NCBI RefSeq assembly: GCF_006345805.1
Contig: NC_043006.1
Coordinates: 90,892,001-90,956,000, forward strand
Reading direction: 5' to 3'
DNA length: 64,000 bases
From: Octopus sinensis
Lineage: Eukaryota
Shown here in pieces: positions 63,820-64,000 of this stretch. The notes under the pieces were generated by a model, which searched no databases, was not told the DNA's origin, and saw nothing but the letters and a program-made list of their open reading frames with translations. Made by a program: the position numbers and the translations under genes. Position 1 is the stretch's first letter. The number at the start of each line of letters is the position of its first letter.

Positions 63820-64000
63820 CAACTTTAAGGAATGGAATTAGCTGACTGTATTGAGCTCAGTACTTGACTGGTACTTTATTTTATCAACCCCCAAAAGGAT
63901 GAAAAGCAAAGCTGGCCGCAACAGGATTTGAACTCAGGACATAATGCTAGAAATGCCACCATGCATTTTGTCCAGCATGCTAATGATTCAGCCTGCTTGT
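63820..64000 (-). mobile_element. tRNA-derived SINE with a Meta-domain-like centre (runs off the window)
   Basis: GACTGGTACTTTATTTTATCAACCCCCAAAAGGATGAAAAGCAAAG..GGATTTGAACTCAG on the plus strand; related to 6101-6186. Confidence 0.7.

Overview
AT-rich eukaryotic DNA full of microsatellites. The SINE and RTE-tail families look like those of octopus or another coleoid cephalopod, but that is recognition from memory and was not checked against a database. There is no long host coding sequence. The window reads as intron or intergenic DNA with a few unconfirmed short exon candidates, and most ORF-track entries are microsatellite or antisense artefacts. The supportable content is mostly mobile DNA: (1) an internally deleted piggyBac (8483-9559, TTAA-flanked); (2) a very young Penelope-like (PLE) insertion in a (TA)n tract (15147-16542) with an intact GIY-YIG domain and a perfect 223-bp inverted terminal duplication, each arm carrying an atypical minimal hammerhead-ribozyme-like motif (U3-A8 core variant plus an extra A); (3) an older Neptune-type PLE relic; (4) a near-full-length R4/Dong-clade retrotransposon (41713-44888) and a second Dong-like 3' end, both at (TAA)n; (5) a HERO-like relic; (6) several RTE LINE fragments, one with a PHD-like zinc finger inside the RT C-terminal region; (7) many tRNA-derived SINEs and RTE 3'-tail copies. 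The main leads are the hammerhead variant, a 63-bp mini-element present twice with identical sequence, and several fold-back structures.
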